NCBI GenBank assembly: GCA_016711205.1
Contig: JADJTM010000001.1
Coordinates: 1,497,894-1,521,893 of the forward strand
DNA: 24,000 nucleotides
Direction of reading: 5' to 3'
Source: Micropruina sp.
GTDB lineage: Bacteria > Actinomycetota > Actinomycetes > Propionibacteriales > Propionibacteriaceae
Both the position numbers and the translations under genes were made by a program. The notes beneath the pieces were generated by a model that was not told the origin of the DNA, did not search any database, and saw only the letters and a program-made list of their open reading frames with translations. Below, one piece after another: positions 9,229 through 19,098 of the stretch (position 1 is the first letter of the stretch; every line of letters starts with the position of its first letter).

Positions 9229-9369
9229 GGAGTCCAAGGTAATCCCGTGTCGCCCTGCCGGCTGCTGTTCGGCGGTGTCTGGGTGCGGGCAGCGCAACAC
9301 ACACGGGGCGGGGATACCGGGTCGTCCCTCGATCGAGGATGACGCCGCGAGCGACGCCACCCGCACGTA

Positions 9370-9395
9370 AGGGGTCCGGTTCGCACCGGACCCCT
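9370..9395 (-). terminator. GC-rich hairpin downstream of nrdJ (probable intrinsic terminator without U-tract)
   Basis: AGGGGTCCGGT-tcgc-ACCGGACCCCT: 11-bp perfect stem with a 4-nt loop, about 45 nt after the nrdJ stop (9440) and upstream of the next gene's start region. Confidence 0.55.
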
Positions 9396-9439
9396 CGCGC
9401 CTGCCCTGCGCCGTCCCCCCGGAGTGGCGCAGGTCGTTC

Positions 9440-12268
<2,829 letters not shown>

Positions 12269-12311
12269 TGGGATGCCTTCCATCGGTGTGAGTGGTGAAT
12301 GCGGGGCGCGC

Positions 12312-12770
12312 TCAGCGCGCGGAGAGTAGTTGGTTGCGCAGGTTGCGGATCTCTGCCTCGAAATCCTCAACCGATGAGTACTGCTTGTAGACGGACGCGA
12401 AACGCAGGTAGGCGACAGCGTCCAGGGTGCTGAGCGGGCCCAGGATGGCGAGCACGACCTCGTCCGCGGGAATCTCGGCCTGGCCGCCGGCCCGCAATGA
12501 CTCCTCGACCTGCTGGCCGAGGCGGGCCAGGTCGGCCTCGCTGACCGGCCTGCCCTTGCACGCCTTGCGGACGCCGTTGACCACCTTGTCGCGAGAGAAG
12601 GGCTCGACCACGCCGGAGCGCTTCACGACCACCAGCTGCATCTGCTCGAGGGTGGTGAACCGCCGCTCGCAGGACGGGCACTGGCGTCGACGCCGGATCG
12701 CAGCTCCGTCTTCGGCCACCCGGGAATCGAGCACGCGGGAGTCGGTGTGACGGCAGTACGGGCAGTACAT
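12312..12770 (-). CDS. nrdR: Transcriptional repressor NrdR (Zn-ribbon plus ATP-cone)
   Basis: [17 protein letters not shown]...[12 protein letters not shown] zinc ribbon followed by an ATP-cone ([14 protein letters not shown]...YLRFASVY). 152 aa, typical length. ATG at 12768-12770. Confidence 0.97.
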   Translation of the reverse strand: MYCPYCRHTDSRVLDSRVAEDGAAIRRRRQCPSCERRFTTLEQMQLVVVKRSGVVEPFSRDKVVNGVRKACKGRPVSEADLARLGQQVEESLRAGGQAEIPADEVVLAILGPLSTLDAVAYLRFASVYKQYSSVEDFEAEIRNLRNQLLSAR

Positions 12771-12883
12771 GGAGCCGACCCCCTTCGCTTCGATTCGGTG
12801 CTGCTGGTGCGACCCGCTTGGTGGCTGTGCCCCACCTGTTGTGGACCGCGGTGTGTACCGGCTGTGGATACCGCTGTGGATAG

Positions 12884-12933
12884 AACCACAATCTGTGGAT
12901 GAAACACACGCCTGTAACTACTACATCTAGAGC
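12884..12933. promoter_or_regulatory. Two putative NrdR boxes in the nrdRJ control region
   Basis: Box A is AACCACAATCTGTGGAT (12884-12900; palindromic core CACA-atc-TGTG). Box B is CTACTACATCTAGAGC (12918-12933; CTAcATcTAG dyad). Both resemble the NrdR consensus acaCwAnAtnTwGtgt. Their centres are about 33 bp apart, and box B abuts the candidate -10. Confidence 0.45.
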
Positions 12934-12960
12934 TTAAGCCTCTGGGTCGCCCAAATGCAA
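12931..12960 (-). promoter_or_regulatory. Candidate sigma-A type promoter of nrdR-nrdJ
   Basis: On the - strand: TTGCAT (12955-12960), an 18-nt spacer, then TAAGCT (12931-12936; fits TAnnnT). The putative NrdR box B follows immediately. Confidence 0.4.
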
Positions 12961-13440
12961 CAGGTGGCCGCCGCGACACGTCGAGCGATTCTGGGGAGCC
13001 CGATCGATGCGCCTGGAACCGGTCGAACCACCCTGGACGGGCCTTTGACCGGGCATGGCACCGGTTCGCACTGTGCATGGTCACGTCGTAGTAGGTGGGC
13101 GTCTGCTCCACGCCGGTGCCGTTTGTCGCCCAGGGCTCATGCACCGTACTCAGCCGCTACAGAGTGCAGCCACCCAGGCCGAGCGACGCCGGGCGAGGAC
13201 CGATCAGAGCCTGCCCACCGGAGCCGCAGTCGGCTCGCGGGGGGCGTAGGACGAGGACGTCACTGCGGAGCAGGGGTTGGCGGACGTGCTCACAGGAGGC
13301 CGGTGGTCGGCTCGTCTGAAGCAGGTGGGCGGCTCGCAGGGGCCGGTGTCGGCTGGCGCGAGGCCGGTGGCCGGCTCGCGGGCGCTGGGGACGGCCGGCC
13401 GGCGATTGGGACATCCGGACTCGCGGGTGCGCCCCCAGGG

Positions 13441-13809
13441 TCAGCCGGCGACCACTGACGTGACCGAGACCGGGGCCGGGGTCACCGGCAGGTCGGACAC
13501 CGAGAAGAAGCCGACCACCAGAGTGACCGTGGCGGCCGCGACCATGCCGAGGAACACGCCCATCACCACAGCGAGACCCCGTCGGGTGAGCTGGAGACCC
13601 GGTTGCGCGACAACGCTCGGGGCGGGCGTCCTGACGCGCACCAATGGCGCAGTGGCGATCACCGGACGGCCGCCCGGCGCCACGGGATGATGGGGCCGGG
13701 CGATCGGGCCACGGGTCTGCGGCACATGCCGCCAGCGCGGCCGGGTGGGGCTCGACTGGATGCTGCTCGACCGGGTGGTCACTGCCTCATCGACGACCAG
13801 TGCACTCAT
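13441..13809 (-). CDS. Small SOS-box-controlled membrane protein (positional equivalent of M. tuberculosis Rv2719c/ChiZ, no LysM domain detected)
   Basis: ATG 13807-13809 lies 7 nt after GAGGAAG. 122 aa with a disordered Arg/Pro-rich N-terminus and one TM helix (GLAVVMGVFLGMVAAATVTLVVGFF). A perfect SOS box lies 17 nt upstream. The gene sits between nrdR and lexA, as Rv2719c does. Confidence 0.65.
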   Translation of the reverse strand: MSALVVDEAVTTRSSSIQSSPTRPRWRHVPQTRGPIARPHHPVAPGGRPVIATAPLVRVRTPAPSVVAQPGLQLTRRGLAVVMGVFLGMVAAATVTLVVGFFSVSDLPVTPAPVSVTSVVAG

Positions 13810-13825
13810 CTCGCACTTCCTCTCT

Positions 13826-13841
13826 TCGAACATACGTTCGA
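13826..13841. promoter_or_regulatory. LexA operator (SOS/Cheo box), perfect match TCGAACATACGTTCGA
   Basis: Exact match to the actinobacterial consensus TCGAAC-N4-GTTCGA, immediately upstream of the 13441-13809 gene. A TATGTT (-10-like) hexamer on the - strand lies inside the box. Confidence 0.9.
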
Positions 13842-14109
13842 TGCCATTGTTACCGTGTGACAGCGATCGGCGCAAGCCCTATTAGTACAGGCGTACCCAT
13901 GGTGTCGCGGTCTGCGTCCAGTCCACCAGGGGGGTCTGACAGTTTTCGCAGCACCAGCGCCGGCGGCCTCAGGGCCCTGTCGTTCGCCGTACCGCCACGG
14001 CTCGCGCAGTTCCGCGAGCCTCACGTGGTTCGGTGACCCCGGGCGACAGACCCCGGAGGCGATCCGGCGTCCGCGGGAATTGCGATTCGATCACGACGCC
14101 GCGACACGC

Positions 14110-14125
14110 TCGAACAGATGTTTGA
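14110..14125. promoter_or_regulatory. LexA operator upstream of lexA (TCGAACAGATGTTTGA, one mismatch)
   Basis: 15/16 match to TCGAAC-N4-GTTCGA. A further perfect half-site dyad partner CTGTTCGA lies at 14132-14139 (TCGAACAG ... CTGTTCGA). The box overlaps the candidate lexA -35, giving classic autoregulation. Confidence 0.8.
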
Positions 14126-14150
14126 ATCATGCTGTTCGATTCTCTAGTGT
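14122..14150 (+). promoter_or_regulatory. Candidate lexA promoter giving a leaderless mRNA
   Basis: TTGAAT (14122-14127), a 17-nt spacer, then TAGTGT (14145-14150). The ATG at 14158 lies 7 nt after the -10 and has no Shine-Dalgarno sequence, consistent with leaderless translation. Confidence 0.4.
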
Positions 14151-14157
14151 TGCGGCC

Positions 14158-15000
14158 ATGGCCGGCAGGAACCCATTCGACTCAACGCCCCGACGCGGGC
14201 GTCCGCCCAAGCAGCCCCCCAAGATGAGCGTGGGGCGCCCGAGCAACGCCGAGGTCGCCCAGCAGCTTGAGATGGCGAAGATCGCCCAGCTGCCCGACGG
14301 CCCCGCCGACACCGAGGGCCTGACGCCCCGGCAACGCCGCATCCTCGAGCTGATCCACCTCGCGGTGAGCACCCGCGGCTACCCGCCGACGATCCGTGAG
14401 ATCGGCGAAGCGGCCGGGTTGGCGTCCCCCTCCAGCGTGTCGCATCAGTTGCGGGCGCTCGAAGCCAAGGGGTACCTGCGGCGCGACCCCCACCGTCCAC
14501 GCGCCATGGAGGTGCGGTTGCCCGAGTCGGTGTCCCGCCAGGCTGACGCCGAGCCTGCCGCGGCACCACGCTACGCCGAGGCCGAGCACGAGTTCGACGT
14601 CACCGGCATCGGTGACGCGCTGCCCGAGGCCGTCAACGTACCGGTCGTCGGACGAATCGCTGCCGGCGGCCCGATCCTCGCCGAAGAGCGGATCGAGGAC
14701 GTGTTTCCGCTACCCAAACAGCTGGTCGGCGACGGAACGCTGTTCATGCTCGAGGTCAAGGGCGACTCGATGATCGAGGCCGCCATCTGCGACGGCGACT
14801 TCGTGGTGGTGCGCCAGCAGCCCACCGCCAACAACGGTGACATCGTCGCGGCCCTGCTCGAAGACGAAGCGACGGTCAAGACGTTCAAACGCACCGACGG
14901 GCAGGTCTGGCTGTTGCCTCACAACCCGGCCTACGAGCCGATCGACGGCAACCACGCGTCCATTCTGGGCAAGGTGGTCGCGGTGCTGCGTCGCGTGTAG
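14158..15000 (+). CDS. lexA: SOS-response repressor LexA
   Basis: Winged-helix region [56 protein letters not shown]. Ala-Gly cleavage site in [13 protein letters not shown]. Catalytic Ser in VKGDSMIEA and Lys in ATVKTFKR. Start at ATG 14158 (ATG 14224 is an alternative). The ORF extension back to 14080 covers the operator. Confidence 0.93.
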   Translation: MAGRNPFDSTPRRGRPPKQPPKMSVGRPSNAEVAQQLEMAKIAQLPDGPADTEGLTPRQRRILELIHLAVSTRGYPPTIREIGEAAGLASPSSVSHQLRALEAKGYLRRDPHRPRAMEVRLPESVSRQADAEPAAAPRYAEAEHEFDVTGIGDALPEAVNVPVVGRIAAGGPILAEERIEDVFPLPKQLVGDGTLFMLEVKGDSMIEAAICDGDFVVVRQQPTANNGDIVAALLEDEATVKTFKRTDGQVWLLPHNPAYEPIDGNHASILGKVVAVLRRV

Positions 15001-15040
15001 TCGTGACGTTTCGACTGCTCGCGCAGTGAGTGGATCAGTC

Positions 15041-15304
15041 ATGCGCGTTCAGATCCGGGTCAAACCCGGCGCCAGCCGCACCAGGGTGGGCGGTCGCTAC
15101 GGCGACGACACCCTGGTCGTGGCCGTCCAGCAACCAGCCGTTGACGGACGAGCCACCGCGGCCGCCTTGGCGGCCGTTGCCAAGGCGGTGGGGGTGCCGA
15201 CGCGCGCAGTGGTGCTGATCAGGGGTGCGACCCACCGCACCAAGCTGATCGAGCTTCCTGACTCCGCTGCGGGCGCGGTGGCCGCGCTGCTGCATCAGGC
15301 GTGA
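15041..15304 (+). CDS. DUF167 (YggU-like) family protein
   Basis: 87 aa: MRVQIRVKPGASRTRVGG...LVVAVQQPAVDGRATAAALAAVAKAVGVPTRAVVLIRGATHRTKLIEL, the typical DUF167 pattern (V.V.PGA...G.AN.AL...LA......V.L..G..SR.K). ATG at 15041. Confidence 0.8.
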   Translation: MRVQIRVKPGASRTRVGGRYGDDTLVVAVQQPAVDGRATAAALAAVAKAVGVPTRAVVLIRGATHRTKLIELPDSAAGAVAALLHQA

Positions 15305-15440
15305 CTTGGACGACCCTGACCTCCGACGACCCGCCCCCGCCAGAACCGCAGCTCCGAAGGTGGGCGGCTCGGCAGTCACGGTGGCCGGCAACGTCCGTTG
15401 CTGCAGGCATCCCGCGCGTGGGTACGCCGCCGCCGAGCGT

Positions 15441-16625
15441 TCAGGTCAGAACGCCCAGTGCTCCGAGCAGAATCAACACCCCAGGCAACACGATGAAGGT
15501 GGCCACCAGGTACACCGCCAGCAGCCATCGCCGCTCCGCCACCAGGTTGCCCAGACCCGACGCCAGCCGCAGCGGCACGGGCCGCAGCAGCGGAATGACG
15601 AAGATGATCACCATCGCCACCACGTTGTAGCCGACGTGCACGAACGCGGCCTGAAGTCCGAAGACGGCATCCGGTCCGGTGACGGCGAATGCGGCCAGCA
15701 GCGCCGTGAGGGTCGTGCCGAGGTTGGCGCCCACCGTCACCGGGTACAGCTGAGCGGGAGTGATGGTGCCTGCGCCGACCAACGGCACAAGAACCGAATT
15801 GGTCACTGTGGACGACTGCGTGACGATCGTCACACCGGCCCCGACCCCGATTGCTTTCGCAGGTGATCCCTCAACGGCCCTCAGCAACACCTCGCGGGTG
15901 CGTCCGACCATCAAGACCTTCAGCTGGTGGCTCAGCCAGCGCACCGCAGCGAAGATCAACCCGACGCCGACAACGATGGTCAGAGCGGCTGACAAGGTGC
16001 CGCCGCCGGCTGACCCGGTCAGGGTGGTGACCCCGTTGACGAGGGGACGGGTGGCCGCGCGAATGAGGTTGAAGTCACTGGGGTCAGGCGCCACGGTGCC
16101 GTACGGCGCCGCGGTGAGGGCTTCCGACAGCCGCTGGAGCGGATGAAACGCAACCTCCAGCGGAAACAGCACCAGCAGTGCCAGCAGGTTGTAGAAGTCA
16201 TGAATCGTGGACGCGGCCAGCGCACGCCGAAACTCCGTCACGTTGCCGGCGAACCCGAGCGCAACGAACGTGCAGGTGACGGTCGTACCCACGTTGGCGC
16301 CCATGATGATCGGGATCGCCTGGCCGATGTCGAGCGCGCCCGAGCCCACCGCCGCCACCGTGATCGCGGTGGTGGTCGTCGAGGACTGGATCAGAACCGT
16401 CGCGAGCACGCCGACCGCGAGGCCGACCAGTGGATTCTGCGCGAACGCGAAGAGCTGCTCGGCCTGATTGCCGCCCAGACTGCTGAACCCGCGTCCGATG
16501 ATGCTGACGGCGCTGATCAGAAGGTAGAGCGACAGCACCACGGCCACCCAGCGCAGTGCCGGTCGCGACAGTTGCGCGGGGGGCATCTTGGCGGGGTGCT
16601 GGGCAGTTGTCTGGACGGGGCCCAT
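15441..16625 (-). CDS. Na+/phosphate cotransporter family (PNaS / NptA-like) membrane protein
   Basis: 394-aa polytopic ORF with the duplicated family motifs LIQSSTTTTAITV...GANVGTTVT and TIVTQSSTVTNSVLV...GANLGTTLT. ATG at 16623-16625 (ATG 16586 is an alternative). Confidence 0.85.
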   Translation of the reverse strand: MGPVQTTAQHPAKMPPAQLSRPALRWVAVVLSLYLLISAVSIIGRGFSSLGGNQAEQLFAFAQNPLVGLAVGVLATVLIQSSTTTTAITVAAVGSGALDIGQAIPIIMGANVGTTVTCTFVALGFAGNVTEFRRALAASTIHDFYNLLALLVLFPLEVAFHPLQRLSEALTAAPYGTVAPDPSDFNLIRAATRPLVNGVTTLTGSAGGGTLSAALTIVVGVGLIFAAVRWLSHQLKVLMVGRTREVLLRAVEGSPAKAIGVGAGVTIVTQSSTVTNSVLVPLVGAGTITPAQLYPVTVGANLGTTLTALLAAFAVTGPDAVFGLQAAFVHVGYNVVAMVIIFVIPLLRPVPLRLASGLGNLVAERRWLLAVYLVATFIVLPGVLILLGALGVLT

Positions 16626-16727
16626 ACAGCAACGCTAGAACGCGCAACCCTACCGGCGGGAGAAATTCACGTCGTGCGCAGGTGAACGGCAGACGACGCC
16701 TTGGCCCGAAGGCCGACGGCCGGACGG

Positions 16728-18734
16728 CTAGTCTGCCGCCTCGCCCAGCCGCCGCAGGGCCGCGATCGCCTGCTCGCGGTCGGTGGTGGGCCAGAAATCG
16801 GGCATGGACGCGCGCAGGTAGCTGCCGTACCGGGCGGTGACCAGGCGGGGATCGAGCACCGCCACGACACCCCGGTCGGTCAGCCGGCGGATCAGCCGGC
16901 CGGAACCCTGCGCCAGCAGCAGTGCGGCATGGGTGGCCGCGACAGCCATGAAACCGTTGCCACCGCGGTCGGCAACGGATCGCTGGCGAGCCTGCAACAG
17001 CGGCTCGTCCGGCCGGGGAAAAGGGATCTTGTCGATGATCACCAAGCGGCAGGTGTCGCCGGGCACATCGACGCCCTGCCACAGCGACAAGGTGCCGAAC
17101 AGGCTCGTCTCGGGGGTGGCGACGAAGCGCCGGGTGAGCTCACCGAGCTGGGCGTCGCCCTGGCACAGGATCTCGATGTCGGGCAGTTCGCGTCGGCAGT
17201 GCAACGCCGCCGCCTCGGCGGCACGCTGCGAGGCGAACAGGCCCAGGGTGCGTCCGCCGGCGGCCCACAGCAACTCGGCCACCTCGGCCAGCGTGTCCGG
17301 CCCGATGCCGTCACGGCCGGGTGGGGGCAGCGATTTCGCCACATACAGAATGCCCTGGCGTCGGTAGTCGAACGGCGATCCCACATCCAGGCCACGCCAG
17401 CGCGGCAACTCGGGGTCGGCGTCGGAGGCGCCGTCGGCCCGGTACGGCTCGGTGAGGCCGACCGAAGCCGCCACCGCCTCGAAGTTGCCGCCGATGCTGA
17501 GCGTGGCCGAGGTGAGCACGACCGGACGCTTGGCGAAGATGCCGTCCCGCATCAACCCCGACACCGACAGCGGCGACTGGTTCACCTGGCGTCCGAACCG
17601 CTCCCGCTCCGAGACCCACACGACATCGTGCGGTGCCATCGCCGCCAACTGTGCCGCGATGTCGAAGATCTCTTTGGCGGCGGCTGCGGCCTGCACGCGA
17701 TCCTTGTCGGATTCGTCGCCACCCAGAGCGCTGACCACCCGCCGGGCCACGTCGCGCACCAGCCGCAGCGCGGTGCCGAGGCCACTGTCGGGATCTTCCA
17801 CCCGATCGAGCGGCGCGTCGTCCAGGGCCATCGACAGCGCCGATCCCGAGTCGAGAAACTCGAGCCCGAGATCGTCGTCCAGCCAGGGCAGGCAACGCCG
17901 GGCGACCCGCTCGATGGTCTGCGGGCTGAGTTCGTGGGAGGCCGCACCGGTGACCCGGCTGACCAGTTCGTGCGCCTCGTCGATGATCACCGCGTCGTGC
18001 TCGGGCAGCGCCGTGCCGCCGTGCATCGCATCAATGGCCAGCAGGGCGTGGTTGGTCACCACCAGCTGGGCACCCCGTGCCTTGTCGCGGCTGCGCTCGA
18101 CGAAGCACTCCTGCCCGTAGGGACACCGCTGAACACCGAGGCATTCGCGCACCGGGATCGACACCTGGGCCCACGATTGGGCGCCGTGGCTGGGCGCGTC
18201 GTCACGATCGGCGAGGCTCTTCGCCTTTGCCTCGGTTTCGATCCACTCGCGCAGCGCAACCACCTCGGCACCGACCTTGGACGAGGCGTCCGTGGCCGTC
18301 GCTGCCAGCGCTTCGGCCAGCTCGGCACCGCCCAGCAGCGACTCCTGGTCGAGGCCCAGGCCGTCCCGGGCCCGGTACAGGCAGGCGTAGTTGGTGCGGC
18401 CCTTGAGAATGGCGGAGGTGACCGTGCGTCCGGTCACCTGCTCGCAGGCGGCCAGGGCACTGGGGATGTCTTTGCGGGCCAACTGGGCCTGCAGCGCAAG
18501 GGTGGCGGTGGCGATCACGATGCGGTCGCCGGGGGCCCGGGTCAGGTGCGCCAGGGCCGGCGCCAGGTAGCCCAGCGACTTGCCGGTGCCGGTGCCGGCC
18601 TGAACCAGCAGGTGGTCGCCGACGAGCGATTCGGCCACGGCTGCCGCCATCTCGTGCTGGCCGGGACGCTGCGCACCCTCGATACCCTCGACCGCGGCGG
18701 CGAGAATCGCTTCGGTCAGGTCGTTCTCGGGCAC
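16728..18734 (-). CDS. dinG: ATP-dependent DNA helicase, DinG/Rad3-like Fe-S family
   Basis: 668 aa. Walker A LLVQAGTGTGKSLGY, DEAH box IIDEAHEL, and a Cys cluster RECLGVQRCPYGQECF plus an upstream NYAC, consistent with a 4Fe-4S domain. GTG start at 18732-18734. Confidence 0.88.
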   Translation of the reverse strand: MPENDLTEAILAAAVEGIEGAQRPGQHEMAAAVAESLVGDHLLVQAGTGTGKSLGYLAPALAHLTRAPGDRIVIATATLALQAQLARKDIPSALAACEQVTGRTVTSAILKGRTNYACLYRARDGLGLDQESLLGGAELAEALAATATDASSKVGAEVVALREWIETEAKAKSLADRDDAPSHGAQSWAQVSIPVRECLGVQRCPYGQECFVERSRDKARGAQLVVTNHALLAIDAMHGGTALPEHDAVIIDEAHELVSRVTGAASHELSPQTIERVARRCLPWLDDDLGLEFLDSGSALSMALDDAPLDRVEDPDSGLGTALRLVRDVARRVVSALGGDESDKDRVQAAAAAKEIFDIAAQLAAMAPHDVVWVSERERFGRQVNQSPLSVSGLMRDGIFAKRPVVLTSATLSIGGNFEAVAASVGLTEPYRADGASDADPELPRWRGLDVGSPFDYRRQGILYVAKSLPPPGRDGIGPDTLAEVAELLWAAGGRTLGLFASQRAAEAAALHCRRELPDIEILCQGDAQLGELTRRFVATPETSLFGTLSLWQGVDVPGDTCRLVIIDKIPFPRPDEPLLQARQRSVADRGGNGFMAVAATHAALLLAQGSGRLIRRLTDRGVVAVLDPRLVTARYGSYLRASMPDFWPTTDREQAIAALRRLGEAAD

Positions 18735-18969
18735 CGAAACAACCTACCGCGACGCTCCGACAGGACTCGGACGCCGCCGCAGCCGCGGGCGGACCGGCAC
18801 CGTCGCGGATGTTTCGGATGTACGGATCCATGCGCCGGATCGCGGCCGATGCGGCGATCCGGCGAGCAGACAATCGGGCCGTCCCACCTTCGTGCTCACC
18901 GGGCGGTGGCACTGGGCGGCACCCGCTGAACGGGAGCGGAACCGTCCCCAAGTACCGTCCAGGGCGACC

Positions 18970-19025
18970 GGTTAAGGAACCGTCCCCAATACCAGTCGGC
19001 AGGTATTGGGGACGGTTCCTTAACC
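18970..19025. repeat. Perfect inverted repeat with 24-bp arms and an 8-nt loop; probable terminator downstream of hflX and a member of a dispersed repeat family
   Basis: GGTTAAGGAACCGTCCCCAATACC (18970-18993), loop agtcggca, then GGTATTGGGGACGGTTCCTTAACC (19002-19025). Lies about 75 nt after the hflX stop. A third copy of the core GGAACCGTCCCCAA lies at 18938-18951. Confidence 0.9.
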
Positions 19026-19098
19026 AGTCGACCGGTAGTGGAGACCGGCCACCAATGCCGCCCGCCCCCACATCTCGTCCTGGGTGAACGGGACGCCC

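Noticed and set aside
12269-12370. N-terminal extensions offered by the ORF track. Affected genes: nrdJ to 12370, oxidoreductase to 9366, dapF to 21611, hflX to 20619, lexA to 14080, SOS membrane protein to 13875, DedA to 5940, MT0933-like gene to 22422, DUF167 to 14837.
   Set aside because: In each case an internal start gives the family-typical N-terminus, usually with a Shine-Dalgarno motif. The extension overlaps a neighbouring gene, an operator (the SOS boxes) or junk-composition sequence.
12771-12960. Cobalamin riboswitch or other riboswitch in front of nrdR-nrdJ
   Set aside because: I saw no B12-box-like element or extended conserved stem architecture. B12 riboswitches are expected on the B12-independent nrdAB genes, not on nrdJ.
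12955-13458. 167-aa + strand ORF (and 13277-13690 +) in the nrdR-lexA interval
   Set aside because: GC3 is visibly lower than on the opposite strand, the composition is Gly/Arg/Ala-rich, and the apparent EAGGRLAGAG repeats are just the reverse reading of the 21-22-bp units discussed in the findings.
16701-18929. 742-aa + strand ORF antisense to dinG, plus the 289-aa - strand ORF 18202-19071
   Set aside because: Both have Arg/Gly/Pro-rich junk composition. They overlap the well-supported helicase, and the second also runs across the palindromic repeat.
18735-19098. SOS box upstream of dinG (damage-inducible in E. coli)
   Set aside because: There is no GAAC-N4-GTTC match in this spacer. The GAAC strings present belong to the GGAACCGTCCCCAA repeats.
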